A stretch of DNA of 64,000 nucleotides from Antedon mediterranea (Eukaryota > Animalia > Echinodermata). The stretch is from contig NC_092677.1 of assembly GCF_964355755.1 (NCBI RefSeq), positions 28,321,175-28,385,174 of the forward strand, read 5' to 3'. Every line of letters starts with the position of its first letter. Position 1 is the stretch's first letter. Shown here one piece after another: positions 48,276 through 62,629 of the stretch. The position numbers and the translations under genes were made by a program. Under the pieces are notes generated by a model. The model did not search any database and was not told the origin of the DNA. It was given only the letters and a program-made list of their open reading frames with translations.

Positions 48276-48958
48276 AACGAAACGTTTGTTTGTTCAATTG
48301 TATTTCTTAGTGTATAGATTATACACATGATTTATAATGAAATCTAAATAAAAACTCAAATGTGGTTTATGACATTATATACGCAGAAGGATCTTTGATC
48401 GGATTATGATACCGGCTATTGTATTTGCGTTAGCAAGATCCTATAATATATTATAAATAACTAACGATTCTGAGAATCTTAAATCAATCAATTATCTTTA
48501 TTTAAATCAATGCATATAACCTATAATTCGTCATAGTGACAAATTAAATCTAGCTATTATTTTATAGTGCAGGAGATTGTTATTGGCACAGTCTACCACA
48601 AATGTCGAACCGTTTTTATTGTTGTTAGTATCATCGGCACAGAGAACAAGCAAGGAGATATGCAGGTGTGTGACTAGACTGCATGCATGGCTAATTGTGC
48701 TGATAGACTGCTGTGCCGATAGTCACTTCTGATGTGATGATATGCATATAAAAAATGTATGACTTGAAAAATAAAAAAATTAAAAAAAGTCAAGCAAAAC
48801 AAATTGTATTGAATGCCATGAGTATTCTGAACTTTTATAACTGGAACTGTTTGATAGTAAATTTCATCCCATGCGATGTTAATAAATAATAGTGTGGGAA
48901 CCAGATTCAGTCCCGACAGGTTTTTATTCACAGTTATTAGTACAATTGTTTGCTTTAG

Positions 48959-51624
48959 ATGTGGAATATAAAGATTAGTTTGGTGGGTGGTGTTATTTTG
49001 CGGTTTGGTCTTCTCATGTTTGGAAAATGGCAAGATTCAGTGATGGAAGTCAAGTTTACAGATGTCGATTATCATGTGTTTTCAGATGCATCTAAGCATG
49101 TTGCTAAGGTTAGTATTTGTTATTCTTCTCCTGAAGTCCAGTAATGATATATATGATATATATGATATATATGATATATATGATATATAGGATATATATG
49201 ATATATATGATATATATGATATATATATATTATGCAACATATTTTCAACTAAATTGTAAACCTCATACTCAATATGGTATGATAAATAACATACAATTGT
49301 ATTTGTTATATTTCAGGGTGAGTCACCATATGCAAGACCAACATACCGCTACACTCCACTTCTTGCATTAATGTTATTACCAAATGTCTATATATGTGAA
49401 TTGACAGGCAAGATAATGTTTATACTGTGTGACTTACTAACAGGGTTAATGATATACAAGTTAGCTATGCGTGGACAATCAATAAAAACTGCTGTTTTAT
49501 GCTGTACTTTGTGGTTATTAAATCCACTACCAGCTGTAATTGCAAGCCGAGGAAATGCGGACTCAATTATGACATTTCTTGTATTAAGTACATTACATTT
49601 GTTTTTACTTGGTTATGTTAAGTCATCAGCAGTTGTCTTTGGTCTCACCGTTCATTGGAAAATTTATCCCATCACATACTCATTACCAATGTACCTCGCA
49701 CTAACAGATGATAATAATGTTCAACTCTTAGACTTATTCTGGCCAAATAAGAAACGAAGAGATCTTGTATTTGTTTCTGTTTTCACTTTTTTGTTTTTAA
49801 CAAGCATAATGTATTGGCAGTAAGTATAAACCTGACATTTAAGCATGGACTTAATAGCATGTGTGTTTACAAATGAACCAGTAAAGCAATTACAAAGTAT
49901 TGATTTCTATTCATTAGCACAGGTATATAGCTAACCATCAATGTTATCAATTTCTGTGAGTCTTTAATAATATACCTTTCATTGCAGGTATGGGTATGAA
50001 TTCCTCCACGAATCTTACGTTTACCACCTTACCAGACGTGATCTTCGACACAATTTTTCACCATACTTCTATTTAATATACCTGACAGGCAACGAAGGCG
50101 CTTCAGTATGGTTGTTAGGCCTGATCACGTTTTTACCACAGGTTGTTTTACTAGTAGCTGTATCATTTTATTTGTATAATGATCTGCCTTTGTGCTGTTT
50201 AGTACAAACAAGTATCTTTGTTGCATTTAACAAAGTATGTACTTCCCAGGTAAGTTTCAAACTTTATTCCAAACTAAACATGGTGTACATCAAACATTTA
50301 GCAATTTCCAAATATTGAATCTATACAATTGATTTACTTTTAGTATTTTTTGTGGTATTTGAGTATCTTACCAGCAGCATTACCACACATTATATATCAG
50401 CCATCAACGGTTCTTTCTAGTCTATTACCATGGATATTGTCTCAAGTAGGTATTAAACAATTATTTTAAAATGAGTTTTTAAAAGATAATACTAAATTCT
50501 ACATGTGGATATGTACAACAAACAGCATCATACATTATCAAGTACTGCACCATAGTATGTATATAACTGTGGATATGTACAACAAACAGCATCATACATT
50601 ATCAAGTACTGCACCATAGTACGTATATAACTGTGGATATGTACAACAAACAGCATCATACATTATCAAGTACTGCACCATAGTATGTATATAACTGGAT
50701 ATGTACAACAAACAGCATCATACATTATCAAGTACTGCACCATAGTATGTATATAACTGTGGATATGTACAACAAACAGCATCATACATTATCAAGTACT
50801 GCACCCTAGTATGTATATAACTGTGGATATGTACAACAAACAGCATCATACATTATCAAGTACTGCACCCTAGTATGTATATAACTGTGGATATGTACAA
50901 CAAACAGCATCATACATTATCAAGTACTGCACCATAGTATGTATATAACTGTGGATATGTACAACAAACAGCATCATACATTATCAAGTACTGCACCATA
51001 GTATGTATATAACTGTGGATATGTACAACAAACAGCATTCATACATTATCAAGTACTGCACCATAGTATGTATATAACTGAGGATATGTACAACAAACAG
51101 CATCATACATTATCAAGTACTGCACCCTAGTATGTATATAACTGTGGATATGTACAACAAACAGCATCATACATTATCAAGTACTGCACCATAGTATGTA
51201 TATAACTGTGGATATGTACAACAAACAGCATCATACATTATCAAGTACTGCACCCTAGTATGTATATAACTGTGGATATGTACAACAAACAGCATTCATA
51301 CATTATCAAGTACTGCACCCTAGTATGTATATAACTGAAAAATAGAATTTTATTCATGATTTGAGGTTTCCTATAGTATTAGTATGTACACTAATAATAA
51401 TTCAATGTTATAACGAAATATCAAAATGTATAAAATAAAATGTACGTTTTCTTTTGTAGGGGTCATGGTTATTTTTTGCCTACCAGTTAGAATTTGAAGG
51501 TCAGCAAGTTTTTCTGTGGCTGTGGTTGTCGTCTTTACTTTTTTTAATTTCTCATGTTGGTCTTATATCTGACTTTATAAAATGGTCAAAAACTCACAAA
51601 ATTCAGAAGGTTAAATCTAGTTAA
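48959..51624 (+). CDS. PIGM: GPI alpha-1,4-mannosyltransferase I (PIG-M), 5 coding exons, 393 aa
   Basis: Exons 48959-49108, 49317-49819, 49988-50249, 50344-50445 and 51460-51624 join in frame (1182 nt). Motifs [10 protein letters not shown] (DxD), [52 protein letters not shown]; C-terminal KVKSS fits a KxKxx ER-retrieval signal; AATAAA near 51670. Confidence 0.95.
49144..49230. repeat. (ATGATATAT)n 9-bp repeat in a PIGM intron
   Basis: About 9 copies; gives the spurious MIY-repeat ORF. Confidence 0.9.
50504..51337. repeat. 64-bp minisatellite, 13 copies, in the last PIGM intron
   Basis: Unit tgtggatatgtacaacaaacagcatcatacattatcaagtactgcacc(a/c)tagtatgtatataac. Confidence 0.95.
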
Positions 51625-51774
51625 GATTATAAATTTGTTAAGTTGAAAGTATAGTAATCTAATTTGACAAATAAATTTGAAAATCAGCTTTGTATATTCT
51701 TGTTGTGCTTTAGTACTTTGATTTCGATGTAAACAAAAAAGTAATACATGAATTTTATGATGCATAAGATTTTT

Positions 51775-51900
51775 TGTCTAGCGCCCTCAGTTTATTAATC
51801 TCGCGTTCTTGGCGGTGTGAATTTGACGGATGAGAGAAACGGAAACGGTGACAGAAGAAACGCGTTGGATCGGACGGTTGCATTGTATATCGTGCAGGCA
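51775..51900 (+). promoter_or_regulatory. Putative ENTR1 promoter and first (5' UTR) exon
   Basis: CpG-richer patch about 110 bp after the PIGM poly(A) signal; tagcgccctc (partial CTCF-like) and tctcgcg motifs; possible donor gtgagg at 51901 followed by a TAGGCCTA-rich tract. Confidence 0.45.
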
Positions 51901-52337
51901 GTGAGGCGTAACGTACCCAGCCTAGGTCTTAACATTAAGATATGTCACAGGCCTAGGCATACATAATTTTAAAACAGATTCATATAGGTATATATCGTGG
52001 GTAGTCTTTAAGGATGATCCGTCTTTAATCTCCTGTTGCCACTTTACTAGGCTAGGCCTAGGCCCATTCCTATTATTGTTTTTCTTATTGTTGGACACAC
52101 AGTACACAGCACACCCCCACCCAGAGAGAGGGCAGGCTTTCATTACACATACATACCTCATACAGACACATACAGTAGTACTACATGAATGTTGATCCAA
52201 ATAAAAAATGTAATGCTACAAGACAACCCAACTCTCCCAGAGTGACATTACTATTTCCTATGCTAATATATTGTTTTATGATAGGTATCCATGCGTATAG
52301 GCCTACTAGCCTAGTGACTATATGATTGCGAGGTTAA

Positions 52338-53365
52338 TTAATAATAATAATTTAGGGTATTTGTATAGCGCCAGAATCAACTAAACCGTAGTAAAAATCA
52401 AAGGCGCTTATATTGGATGTTAAAAAGATGCGTTTGATTTAGTAAAATGACGAGGAAGAGAATTCCATAGAGAAGCAGCAGAGAACATAAAAGACTTTTG
52501 TCCATAAGATTTGGTGTTAATTCTAGGAACAAGTACTGTAGTAGGTTTTGATCAGCCGAACGAAGACAAGCAAGAGGGGTGTAGGAGAAGAAGATCAAGG
52601 AGATAAGTAGGTTGTTTAAGAAGTAGCGCTTTATATGTTAGTAAAAGGATCTTATATTTTATACGGGAGTCAATAGGTAGCCAATGGGGGTTATATATAA
52701 TAGGAGATATGTGTTAGGATCTTCTAGTAAGAGTTAGAATACGTGCAGCAGTGTTCTGGAGACGTTGAAGTCGATTTATTAAAGATTTCGGTAGGGCAAA
52801 AAAAGAGAGTTGCAATAATCAAGGCGAGAAGTGACAGAGGCATTTATTAATGTAAAGGCAGTACGCTTTGACAGATACTTTTGAAAGCAAGCAATGTTAC
52901 GTAGATGGAAGTTAGTAGTTTTTGTAACATGACTTATATGTTTGTTGAAAGATAAAAATTCATCAAAATAAATCCCAAAATTTTTAACAAAAGGTGATGG
53001 AAAAATTGTACAGGAATTAAAAGAAATCGAGGGAATATTGAATTTGGAACGTATTTATTTGTTTGGTGGAAAAAATGATAAATTCGGTTTTATAATTGTT
53101 AAGCAAGAGCATGTAAGATGCTAGCCAGGATGATATTTTAGAGAGAAAACTGTCAAGTCGTTTAGTTATATCATGATATTCAGAAGGATTAAAATCGACA
53201 TAGCTGCAAGTCATCAGCATATAGGTGGTAGTGTAAATTGTATTCTTTAATAATTTCAGTGAGAGGAGAAATATACTGAGAAAAAAGCAAGGGCCCAAGG
53301 ATAGAACCCTGTGGAACTCCGCATTCAAGGCTCTTAGGAGCAGATCTAGTATCATTTATTTTATC
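52338..53365 (-). mobile_element. 5'-truncated, frameshifted L2/CR1-group LINE (reverse transcriptase remnant)
   Basis: Minus-strand [13 protein letters not shown] and [12 protein letters not shown] motifs, LNNYKTEFIIF in another frame; 3' end gcgctatacaaat...(TTA)n. Confidence 0.9.
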
Positions 53366-53631
53366 CAGCTGGCTTGTTGACAGAATAGGCAAACTGTAAA
53401 ATTGTACTAGTAGTGGTGCCTCCCTATGTTATTATACAAATATTCATAAACAACATCCGCGGCGTAAAAAATATTAAACACATTTTTAAAGAAAGTAGGT
53501 CTAATGTTTTGCACTTGTGCATAGGACAGGGTTATGCATAGAATAGGGTGTAATGTTTGTTGCTGTTAAAGCTCACCCATGTTTTAACCCACTTTTTCTC
53601 TGTTTAGCGAAGAATAGTGAACATTCCCCAC

Positions 53632-56600
53632 ATGGAAGAAAATGATGGTGAAGAGCAACAATCCTGCAATCCATTTTCTTTTGAAAGTTTTTTGAAAAAT
53701 CATTCCAAAGACGATGAAAGTGTTCAGGAGACCACCAACAAGTGTCCAGAAATAGAAGAAGATGTAATATCATTGGACACGTCGCCAGCGCCAACTGATC
53801 TGTCGGGTAAAATAATCTACTTTTGCACAATTAAATTGAAATGTTTTCAATGGTGATTTTGTAGTCATTTGAATTTGTTGCTGTGACTCAGAGAGACTGG
53901 CTTAATGTCATTAGCTTAATGTCATTACAATCAATGTAGTCAATGGATGATCTTTATTTGTAAATCTTGTAAAGGAGTATTATTTTCATGACCTTCATTT
54001 AATGAGATGGCAACTAAGGTGCAAAAACATGTTTTTTTGGGGTTTTAGTACAATAGTTCATTGGTGATGCAATTTGTTTTGAGACTTTTTAAACTAGTGT
54101 AATACATAGGCTAGCAGGCGATGGCCAGGGGCCACACCCGCCCTAAGCAACCTTTTTTTAGATAAAATAAGATACTCTCTGTAACTGTGTATGAATTGTG
54201 TTCATTATTTACTGGTAACCAGATGATTACTGCTGTATTTCTTCCAAAAAACTAATAAATAACACTATTTGCGGTCGTTTTAAATCAAAATGATTAAGCA
54301 TTTATTTACTGAGAACATTGTAAAACAGTGTATGATGTCATAAGAAAGGATATCAATCTGGTTTATTAGTAGCTTCCTGACAGAAGCCTAGATACCTGTG
54401 CTGCTGTATTAACACATTTACTTTGAATATTCTATTAATTTACATGCAAACATTTGATTTACTTCTTTAATATAACTTCTTGAACAACAAAGCAATTTTG
54501 TTTCGATATGCGGAAAAAGGTAAGAGTCTGTTTATTTGTTTGCAGATAGTGATTCGCTTTTAGAAGATGAGAAACAAAATCCATTTTTATTCAAACATTT
54601 TGTAAAGAATGGCTATCGGAATGATGGATTTGAGGTAGAGTATACATTTTAATATCAGCTAGACACTCTTATGTATAGAGGTATACTGTAATTGTTGTGG
54701 ATATAGTCAATGCCTTTACATGGCTGACAAGGACACCACATGACTGGCCTGTCTACACCCTATCAAACTTTTTACACAAATAGTATGATGTGCCCAAATA
54801 TGGTAGTGATACAGGTATGACATCATCGTGTCCATATATGGGCACATCACATTTTTGATAGTGTAGACAGAGCTTTAGGGAAGAAATATGTTTTGAAAAG
54901 TGTTTTTCTATGAATCTTGTATCATTTATGAAACAAAAACTGTATAGACTCTGTCATTGCTAATAATAGGGTAATCAGTGTCTCACTTCAGTAAACTGAT
55001 AATTGGTAATTTCCTTGTATAAAATAAAACAACAGTAAAACGACTGATTCATTCATTATTTAAATTCAATTTATTTTAGATTTGTGGGTTTTTTTTTCAA
55101 AATATATGTTATTGGATAGATATCTTCATTCCATCTGTGAAATGTTCTATAATGAAACCAATGTCTGACCCGCCGTGTGCTCATGAATATTCATATTGTA
55201 GTTGGATATTCCACAGATTGGTTTAATTTGATCAGTTCTCTAGAGAGAATAGTAGAATTCTTGTACAAATAAGTTTGCAGTGGTGTCATAAGTTACAACC
55301 CAGGGACGATTACACAGCCCAAGCAGGAAATCTCTTCGTTAGGGACAAATTTTTTGGGCCACACTATCTAAGCAGCGGGGAAGGTCATGGTTGTAGGAAT
55401 AAATTGTTTGAAGAAAAGCCTTTATGTTCAATACACTTAAACTGCTCTTTTGGATTGTTTCATTTTGTATTGAATATTTCAAGTATACAGCGATTGTGCT
55501 TGTGAAAAAAAATAGAGGAGAGCGTTGCCGGTATGCGGGTGAGTCAAAATGCATTTTCCTCTCGCGTCATTAGTCTAATTCAAACTTCCTGTTAGCAAGG
55601 ATGTTACCCTAAGTCATGATAGGCTGTTCAGTAAGTCGCCATTAAAAACCGACACACTGCTGACATGGCTTTTGTTAGGAGGTTGTTTGCTGGCGGTAGC
55701 TCAGCACCTAAGCATCATAAATTGGCAAAAGTAAGAGGTGATCTTCCTTGAACATTTCTGATTAAAAACTATATCAAAATATGTTTTTACTTCAAATGCT
55801 AGATTTCTTTTATTTCATTTCAGTCGCAGAATCGTCAGCCACCCCCTTCCCAGCAACCACCTGTTCTTCCGGAGAAAGAATCAAGTAAAGGTGTCCATGG
55901 ATCTAACGGAGGCAGCAAGACAGCACAACAACAACAAGCTGAAATCATTGACTTCCTTTACGATGTACCACCGACTCGTAAAACAGAAGACGGAGACAGT
56001 CATAGAAGCAATAAATCTAACACTGCTGGAAGAAAGGGTGATATAGACACAGGTTGTGAAGATTATGTGATTCCCAAAAATCATCAAGATTATGCTGTGC
56101 CGAGAACTACTCGTTCCACTTCACACTCTCACGGTTCTGGAACAAAAGGTCATAAAGGAGATAAGCATGGTTCGAGAGCACGTTCCAATACAGCTCGTGA
56201 AGACCGGAAGGTAAATCGTAAAAGTAAAGCTAACACTACTCATAACGATAAACATGAAAAACAATCGGACACTGATAACTGTCCTGAATACGAGGATGAT
56301 GTACACGTTTCAATTGAAGACATTTTGTCTGAAACTGGTAGCCCTCACGATGTGAGAAGAAAAACTTTTACAGGAATTAGACCAAGTGACCAAAAATCCA
56401 ATCACAAAGAAAATGGTGGAGTTTCATCTGATATACAACGCCTTAAACATGAAAATACTAAATTAAAGAAGGACCTACAAGACACTAAAAGACACAGTGA
56501 AAAGGACAATAAAAAGTAAGTTTTTATCTGTTTAGATTTATGATTTGATGCTCACACAAAGGATATAATATAATTATGTATAACAGGTTGTAGTGCATGA

Positions 56601-59600
56601 GTATTGATATCAACATCCTTTTGTAAAACTATCAGGCAACCATCATGTGAAATATATTTTTCTCAGCCATCATTCAGTTATTTAAGCATAAGCTTGAGAA
56701 CATGTTGGATTACAGTGCGATTACTATTCACAACACAGGCATTAAATCACTTTGGTTCACATTGTAAATAGTGTAGCTTATAATATTATTTATTATTTAT
56801 CCATTTCAATTACTACATACTTTTTTTTAATCAATGAGGTCAACTTTTAAACAATTTATGTTCTCTAGATTTTTGTTTAGACTGTATACTAATAATAGTT
56901 TATTGTAGCAGTAGTAGGCTCTTGTTAGACATTGCATAGCCCATGAGGGAGGGTGGGTTACCAGCTACAAGTGATAGACCATGAGGAGTGATGTCATCAT
57001 CAGTAGAACATGTAGAGTGGATTACATTACTTGCCACTTAGACCATAGCCTGTGGTGTGTACTAATAATAAGATCATAATGCTATATAAATGATAAGTTT
57101 GTTTTTTAAAGGATGTGAGGTGGCACTTAGATATTTGCTTACCATTGAGGCCTCACACTAATTTCTTTTAATTTTTTAATGTTTCTTATTTTAGTTCATT
57201 TCATCAGTTTTAGGTGTCGTACTATATTTACTGAGTTGTAAGACTAACTGAGAAAATGTTTTATCAATAAAACTAAAAACCATATTAATTCCTAATAATT
57301 ATTGACAGAACGATTTCAAGGTGATAATCTAGTGTACCGTATCAAAACTTAAGATATTGTTGTTGTTTGAGTGTCTGTCAAAGGACTTGTTTGATTATGA
57401 ACAGCCTACTATGGCCCCGCAAATTACTATAAGATAGGAATACTGACTCTTGTGCCAGGCACAACGTTATGACCAATCACTGACAAGTATTTAGGAAGTG
57501 CGTAACGGTCACATGATGTAAGCTTTCTGTAATGTAGGACTGGTTTTTTTAATTGAATCTCTTTATTAAACTCTTCACTGTGATTTCCAGTCCTCATGAA
57601 CTATATTAACCTTTAAAAATAATTGTTATAAAATTAATAATTTTCACCAACCGTAAACATTACTCATACGGCATATTGAAAAGGTTTTCTAATACTAAAT
57701 TAGGGTAAAATTATACAAACATGCAGATTACTTTTTTTTTTTAGTTTTTATCTCGCTGTTTATCTCACCATATCCAATTATTATTTTGATGACAGTAATT
57801 GCGTTGCTCAATTTAGCATAAAAGAAGTTGTGTAATCACTATTTTTAGATACTGTTTCCCACTGTCAATTTTTTGTCATTTTGCCCATTTAAAGAATTGG
57901 TTTAGATGCACAGCTAATTAATAAAATTATACTTTTAGAATTTGCTTTATAAAGTCCTGCTTTCACTATAGTTTCTTAAAGTATTCTAGTACAAAATGTA
58001 TGCATCGCATCTACAAACCAATACTTGACTTTCGTGCACTTGTGAAATGGGTATGTTCCTGCAGTGAATGGGACTTTATATAACATTTCAACTTTTCAAA
58101 TAATAATCAGTTTTAAGATTTGTCATCACAGTCTTAACAATAATACACGTGGTACAGTATCAACTGTTTCAGACTCTTCAATACAGGTTCTTTTTTCAGT
58201 GTCAAAAAAATCATACTTGGCTCTTTCAATATTATTTATTCTTATTGATTTTTTGGCATTTTTCCTGTAGTACACAATTATTAAATTATAATTTTATTAA
58301 GAATGTGAGTGCAAGTGCATTATCACTTAAATGGTGTCCACAATCGCTGAACCACATTTACATTACAAATATAGCATGGTTTTTGTTTGTTTATTTTAAG
58401 AATGAGGGAAATGGAAAGTGAAATAAGACGATTAAAACAAAGAGAAGCAGAAGATGCAAAAGCACTTGAAACCATGGTACAGCATGTTGAAGACAACCTT
58501 AGAAGAACAACAGTCAGTATTCAATTCATTACTAAATTTGTACAGCTCTCACTCATCACTATCACCTTTGTACTGTGACAGCTCTCTGGATCCTAAAGCT
58601 TGTAATGAAATCATTTACAATGGCACTCACTCACACACACTGACGTCTACATATGCAAACTTTTTTGTGTACATAAGGCATATTTTTAGGAATGGAATAT
58701 TCACTATGTGTGTCATAGCACCCACCATAGCAACCACCATACTTAGCACCCACCATAGCAACCTACTGTACTAAGCAAATTTGAACAGAATCCCTAAGTT
58801 TTAACCGAACACATGGTAACCAAACTCCCTAAGTTTAAACCAAACTCTCAACGTTAGATCTAATAACATTTCTAATTAAAAAACAATTATCTTATAACTT
58901 TGTATTGATTCAACAAGCATTATTAAGATGTCCTATGCCTTTTAGAAATCATAGTCTTGTTGCCCAATCTATAGGAATGTAAAGCTTTTATTGTTTTTTT
59001 TTTGTCTGTAGGATCGTGCTGTTGCTGCTGAAAATCATGTTTCCAAATTAAAGCAAGAAATCAAACATTTAAAGGTGAATTATTAAAAAAGAAATTTCTA
59101 ACTTTTAATTTTTTTAAAGAGTAACTTACACAGGAGAACTTGAGCATAGATACAGACTTGCATAAAAACACACTACTGTACATATTGAGAACTTGAGCAT
59201 AGATACAGACTTGCATACAAACACACTACTGTACATATTGAGAACTTGAGCATAGATACAGACTTGCATACAAACACACTACTGTACATATTGAGAACTT
59301 GAGCATAGATACAGACTTGCATACAAACACACTACTGTACATATTGAGAACTTGAGCATAGATACAGACTTGCATACAAACACACTACTGTACATATTGA
59401 GAACTTGAGCATAGATACAGACTTGCATACAAACACACTACTGTACATATTGAGAACTTGAACATAGATACAGACTTGCATACAAACACACTACTGTACA
59501 TATTGAGAACTTGAACATAGATACAGACTTGCATACAAACACACTACTGTACATATTGAGAACTTGAGCATAGATACAGACTTGCATACAAACACACTAC

Positions 59601-61883
59601 TGTACATATTGAGAACTTGAGCATAGATACAGACTTGCATACAAACACACTACTGTACATATTGAGAACTTGAGCATAGATACAGACTTGCATACAAACA
59701 CACTACTGTACATATTGAGAACTTGAGCATAGATACAGACTTGCATACAAACGCACTACTGTACATATTGAGAACTTGAGCATAGATACAGACTTGCATA
59801 CAAACACACTACTGTACATATTGAGAACTTGAGCATAGATACAGACTTGCATACAAACACACTACTGTACATATTGAGAACTTGAGCATAGATACAGACT
59901 TGCATACAAACACACTACTGTACATATTGAGAACTTGAGCATAGATACAGACTTGCATACAAACACACTACTGTACATATTGAGAACTTGAGCATAGATA
60001 CAGACTTGCATACAAACACACTACTGTACATATTGAGAACTTGAACATAGATACAGACTTGCATACAAACACACTACTGTACATATTGAGAACTTGAGCA
60101 TAGATACAGATTTGATTAATAGGCACCACTAGCTCTTTTTTAGATATGTAATAAGTGAATGTTTTAAGGTTTTTTATTCATGTATGTTTTTAATTGTATG
60201 GTACGATATCTAATTTTATTAAGATGTTTCTATTTTTATAGCAATTTTAACTAATTTTTAGTCATTTGTAATACATTTCATTTCAGTCCTTGACTGTCGT
60301 TTTGTAATATATTTTTATATACCGAATAAATAAATAAATAAATAAAACACACTACTGTACATATTGAGAACTTGAGCATAGATACAGACTTGTATACAAA
60401 CACACTACTGTACATATTGAGAACTTGAGCATAGATACAGACTTGCATACAAACGCACTACTGTACATATTGAGAACTTGAGCATAGATACAGACTTGCA
60501 TACAAACACACTACTGTACATATTGAGAACTTGAACATAGATACAGACTTGCATACAAACACACTACTGTACATATTGAGAACTTGAGCATAGATACAGA
60601 CTTGCATACAAACACACTACTGTACATATTGAGAACTTGAGCATAGATACAGACTTGCATACAAACACACTACTGTACATATTGAGAACTTGAACATAGA
60701 TACAGACTTGCATACAAACACACTACTGTACATATTGAGAACTTGAGCATAGATACAGACTTGCATACAAACACACTACTGTACATATTGAGAACTTGAG
60801 CATAGATACAGACTTGCATACAAACACACTACTGTACATATTGAGAACTTGAACATAGATACAGACTTGCATACAAACACACTACTGTACATATTGAGAA
60901 CTTGAACATAGATACAGACTTGCATACAAACACACTACTGTACATATTGTTTTACACAGTTTAAAAGAAGCATAAAAGTATTAAATATACTGCATAATTA
61001 CAGTCACAAGTGAAAGTCACACTACAGTGTAATAGGTAGTTATAGTGTATAGGAATTTATACAATCAAGACCTATGATGATGATGATGACCTATGATGTG
61101 TGGTGGTAAAAATTAAAACAGTATTTTTAGTACAGCAGGCGGGTATTGTTTGTTATTACGGATCTTTGCTTATTATAGGAATTATGCATAATTAAAACAT
61201 GAGTTCCCCCAACCCCCACCCCCACTTCTTTACCCTCTTGCGACGGGTATCACTTGCTATATTTGTAAGTTGTATATTAATGTGTTGTTTTCTTTATTAT
61301 TCTAGTCTCACATTCATCATATGCAATCAGAACCAAAAGGTGCAGCTGCTGCTGAAGACAACAATGGCGACTTAAATGCAATTCGTTTGAAAGCACAAGC
61401 AACTTCTTTGAAATTGGCTTCATTGTCAAGAGATGCAGAACAACAATTTAAGTATGTTGACATTCTGTTTACATTCCTTTATTAATGCAGTCTTCTTCTT
61501 CTTCCCTAGTCTCCTGGTCTAGGCCATTTATATACACAGCACATAACAGTCAGTACAGTAGAATATTATTACACTTAAATGCGATAATTAACTAACAAGT
61601 TTAACTAGTTGTATCTGTTGTCATTTTATCTAAATGTAATTTTAAAACTCCATTGGTTCTTCTGATTCAGTTATATTTAACTTATTACTTTCACACAGTG
61701 TTAATTAATACAGAATGATGACATGATAGATGTATGTTGATTCTGTATTTGATATTGATATATGTATTTCTTTGTAGGCAATTACTGGGAGGTGTTGAGA
61801 CATTAAAGGTGATTGCAGAGACTTTAGCTTGTATAGATAAAGTTGTTGAAGATAATGAATCCAGGCATTCAACTGCATTATGA
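53632..61883 (+). CDS. ENTR1: Endosome-associated trafficking regulator 1 (ENTR1/SDCCAG3)-like, 7 coding exons, about 460 aa
   Basis: Exons 53632-53806, 54546-54634, 55824-56515, 58401-58512, 59012-59074, 61306-61451 and 61778-61883 join in frame. N-terminal NPFSFESFLK motif; C-terminal coiled coil ALETMVQHVEDNLRRTTDRAVAAENHVSKLKQEI and QLLGGVETLKVIAETLACIDKV resemble SDCCAG3 as I recall it. Start codon inferred. Confidence 0.85.
54749..54870. mobile_element. Palindromic MITE of about 120 bp
   Basis: ctgtctacaccctatcaaa ... tttgatagtgtagacag outer arms and gatgtgcccaaatatgg / ccatatatgggcacatc inner arms. Confidence 0.7.
59134..60949. repeat. 53-bp minisatellite, about 30 copies, interrupted at 60111-60345
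   Basis: Unit gagaacttgagcatagatacagacttgcatacaaacacactactgtacatatt. Confidence 0.95.
60111..60345 (+). mobile_element. Retroposon 3' fragment with (AATA)n tail inserted in the minisatellite
   Basis: T-rich 235 bp ending gaataaataaataaataaataa; the array resumes about 9-11 nt further along the unit. Confidence 0.6.
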
Positions 61884-62629
61884 GACTTGTTTTGTAGAAA
61901 TTGTTAATAATTTTAATATATATATGACTTTCCTTAAAAATTACTTGGGGTTTTGTAGTCTGCTATGTTTCAATATTTGGGGTTTTATTATGTAGTATTT
62001 TTTACTTATTTTTAAATTTATCAGTCATTCAAAATTTGTCGTAGCTACTGTAAAGTACATAACATGTGCGATGCGATGAGAAAAAAACATTTGGCTCAAG
62101 GTATGGTTAAATTTCTGACACATTTTCATAATAGTCTTGTGACTCTCATAAATAATAAAAAATGCCAGCCAATGCTTTGTGCTGACAAAGGTCAGAGTGA
62201 TTTAAAACAAACGTTTAGTTATCAGTGATGTTGGAAAATGCTAAACCCATTACAAGACAATTATAAAGTAATAGCCAAGTAATTATTTTTTTCTGTATCA
62301 TAACTAACTAATCATTTAAATTTTCCTTTAATGCCTCCTATTCACACTTATGGATCCAGTGTAAGCCCAACGAACTGCAATGTTGGGAGCACAACCGTTT
62401 TATGAGCCATATATTGACATTGATAATTGTTTGAAATATTGTGTCTAAAGTATGCAGCCTTGTTATATTTTAAATGTAAATTCTAGATTTTTGTTGGTGC
62501 AATTTTATTTCAATATTGTATATAAAATGGATGTACATAAAGTAGTGTACTATAAATAAAGATGTAAAAAAATACTGCGCAGTGTAGATTAATTGGTTTA
62601 TATATCACTGTTTCAAATAAATGATGATG

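Noticed and set aside
51829-51900. Upstream ATG as the ENTR1 start
   Set aside because: At the candidate donor (51901) its phase does not match the exon starting at 53608; at most a uORF.
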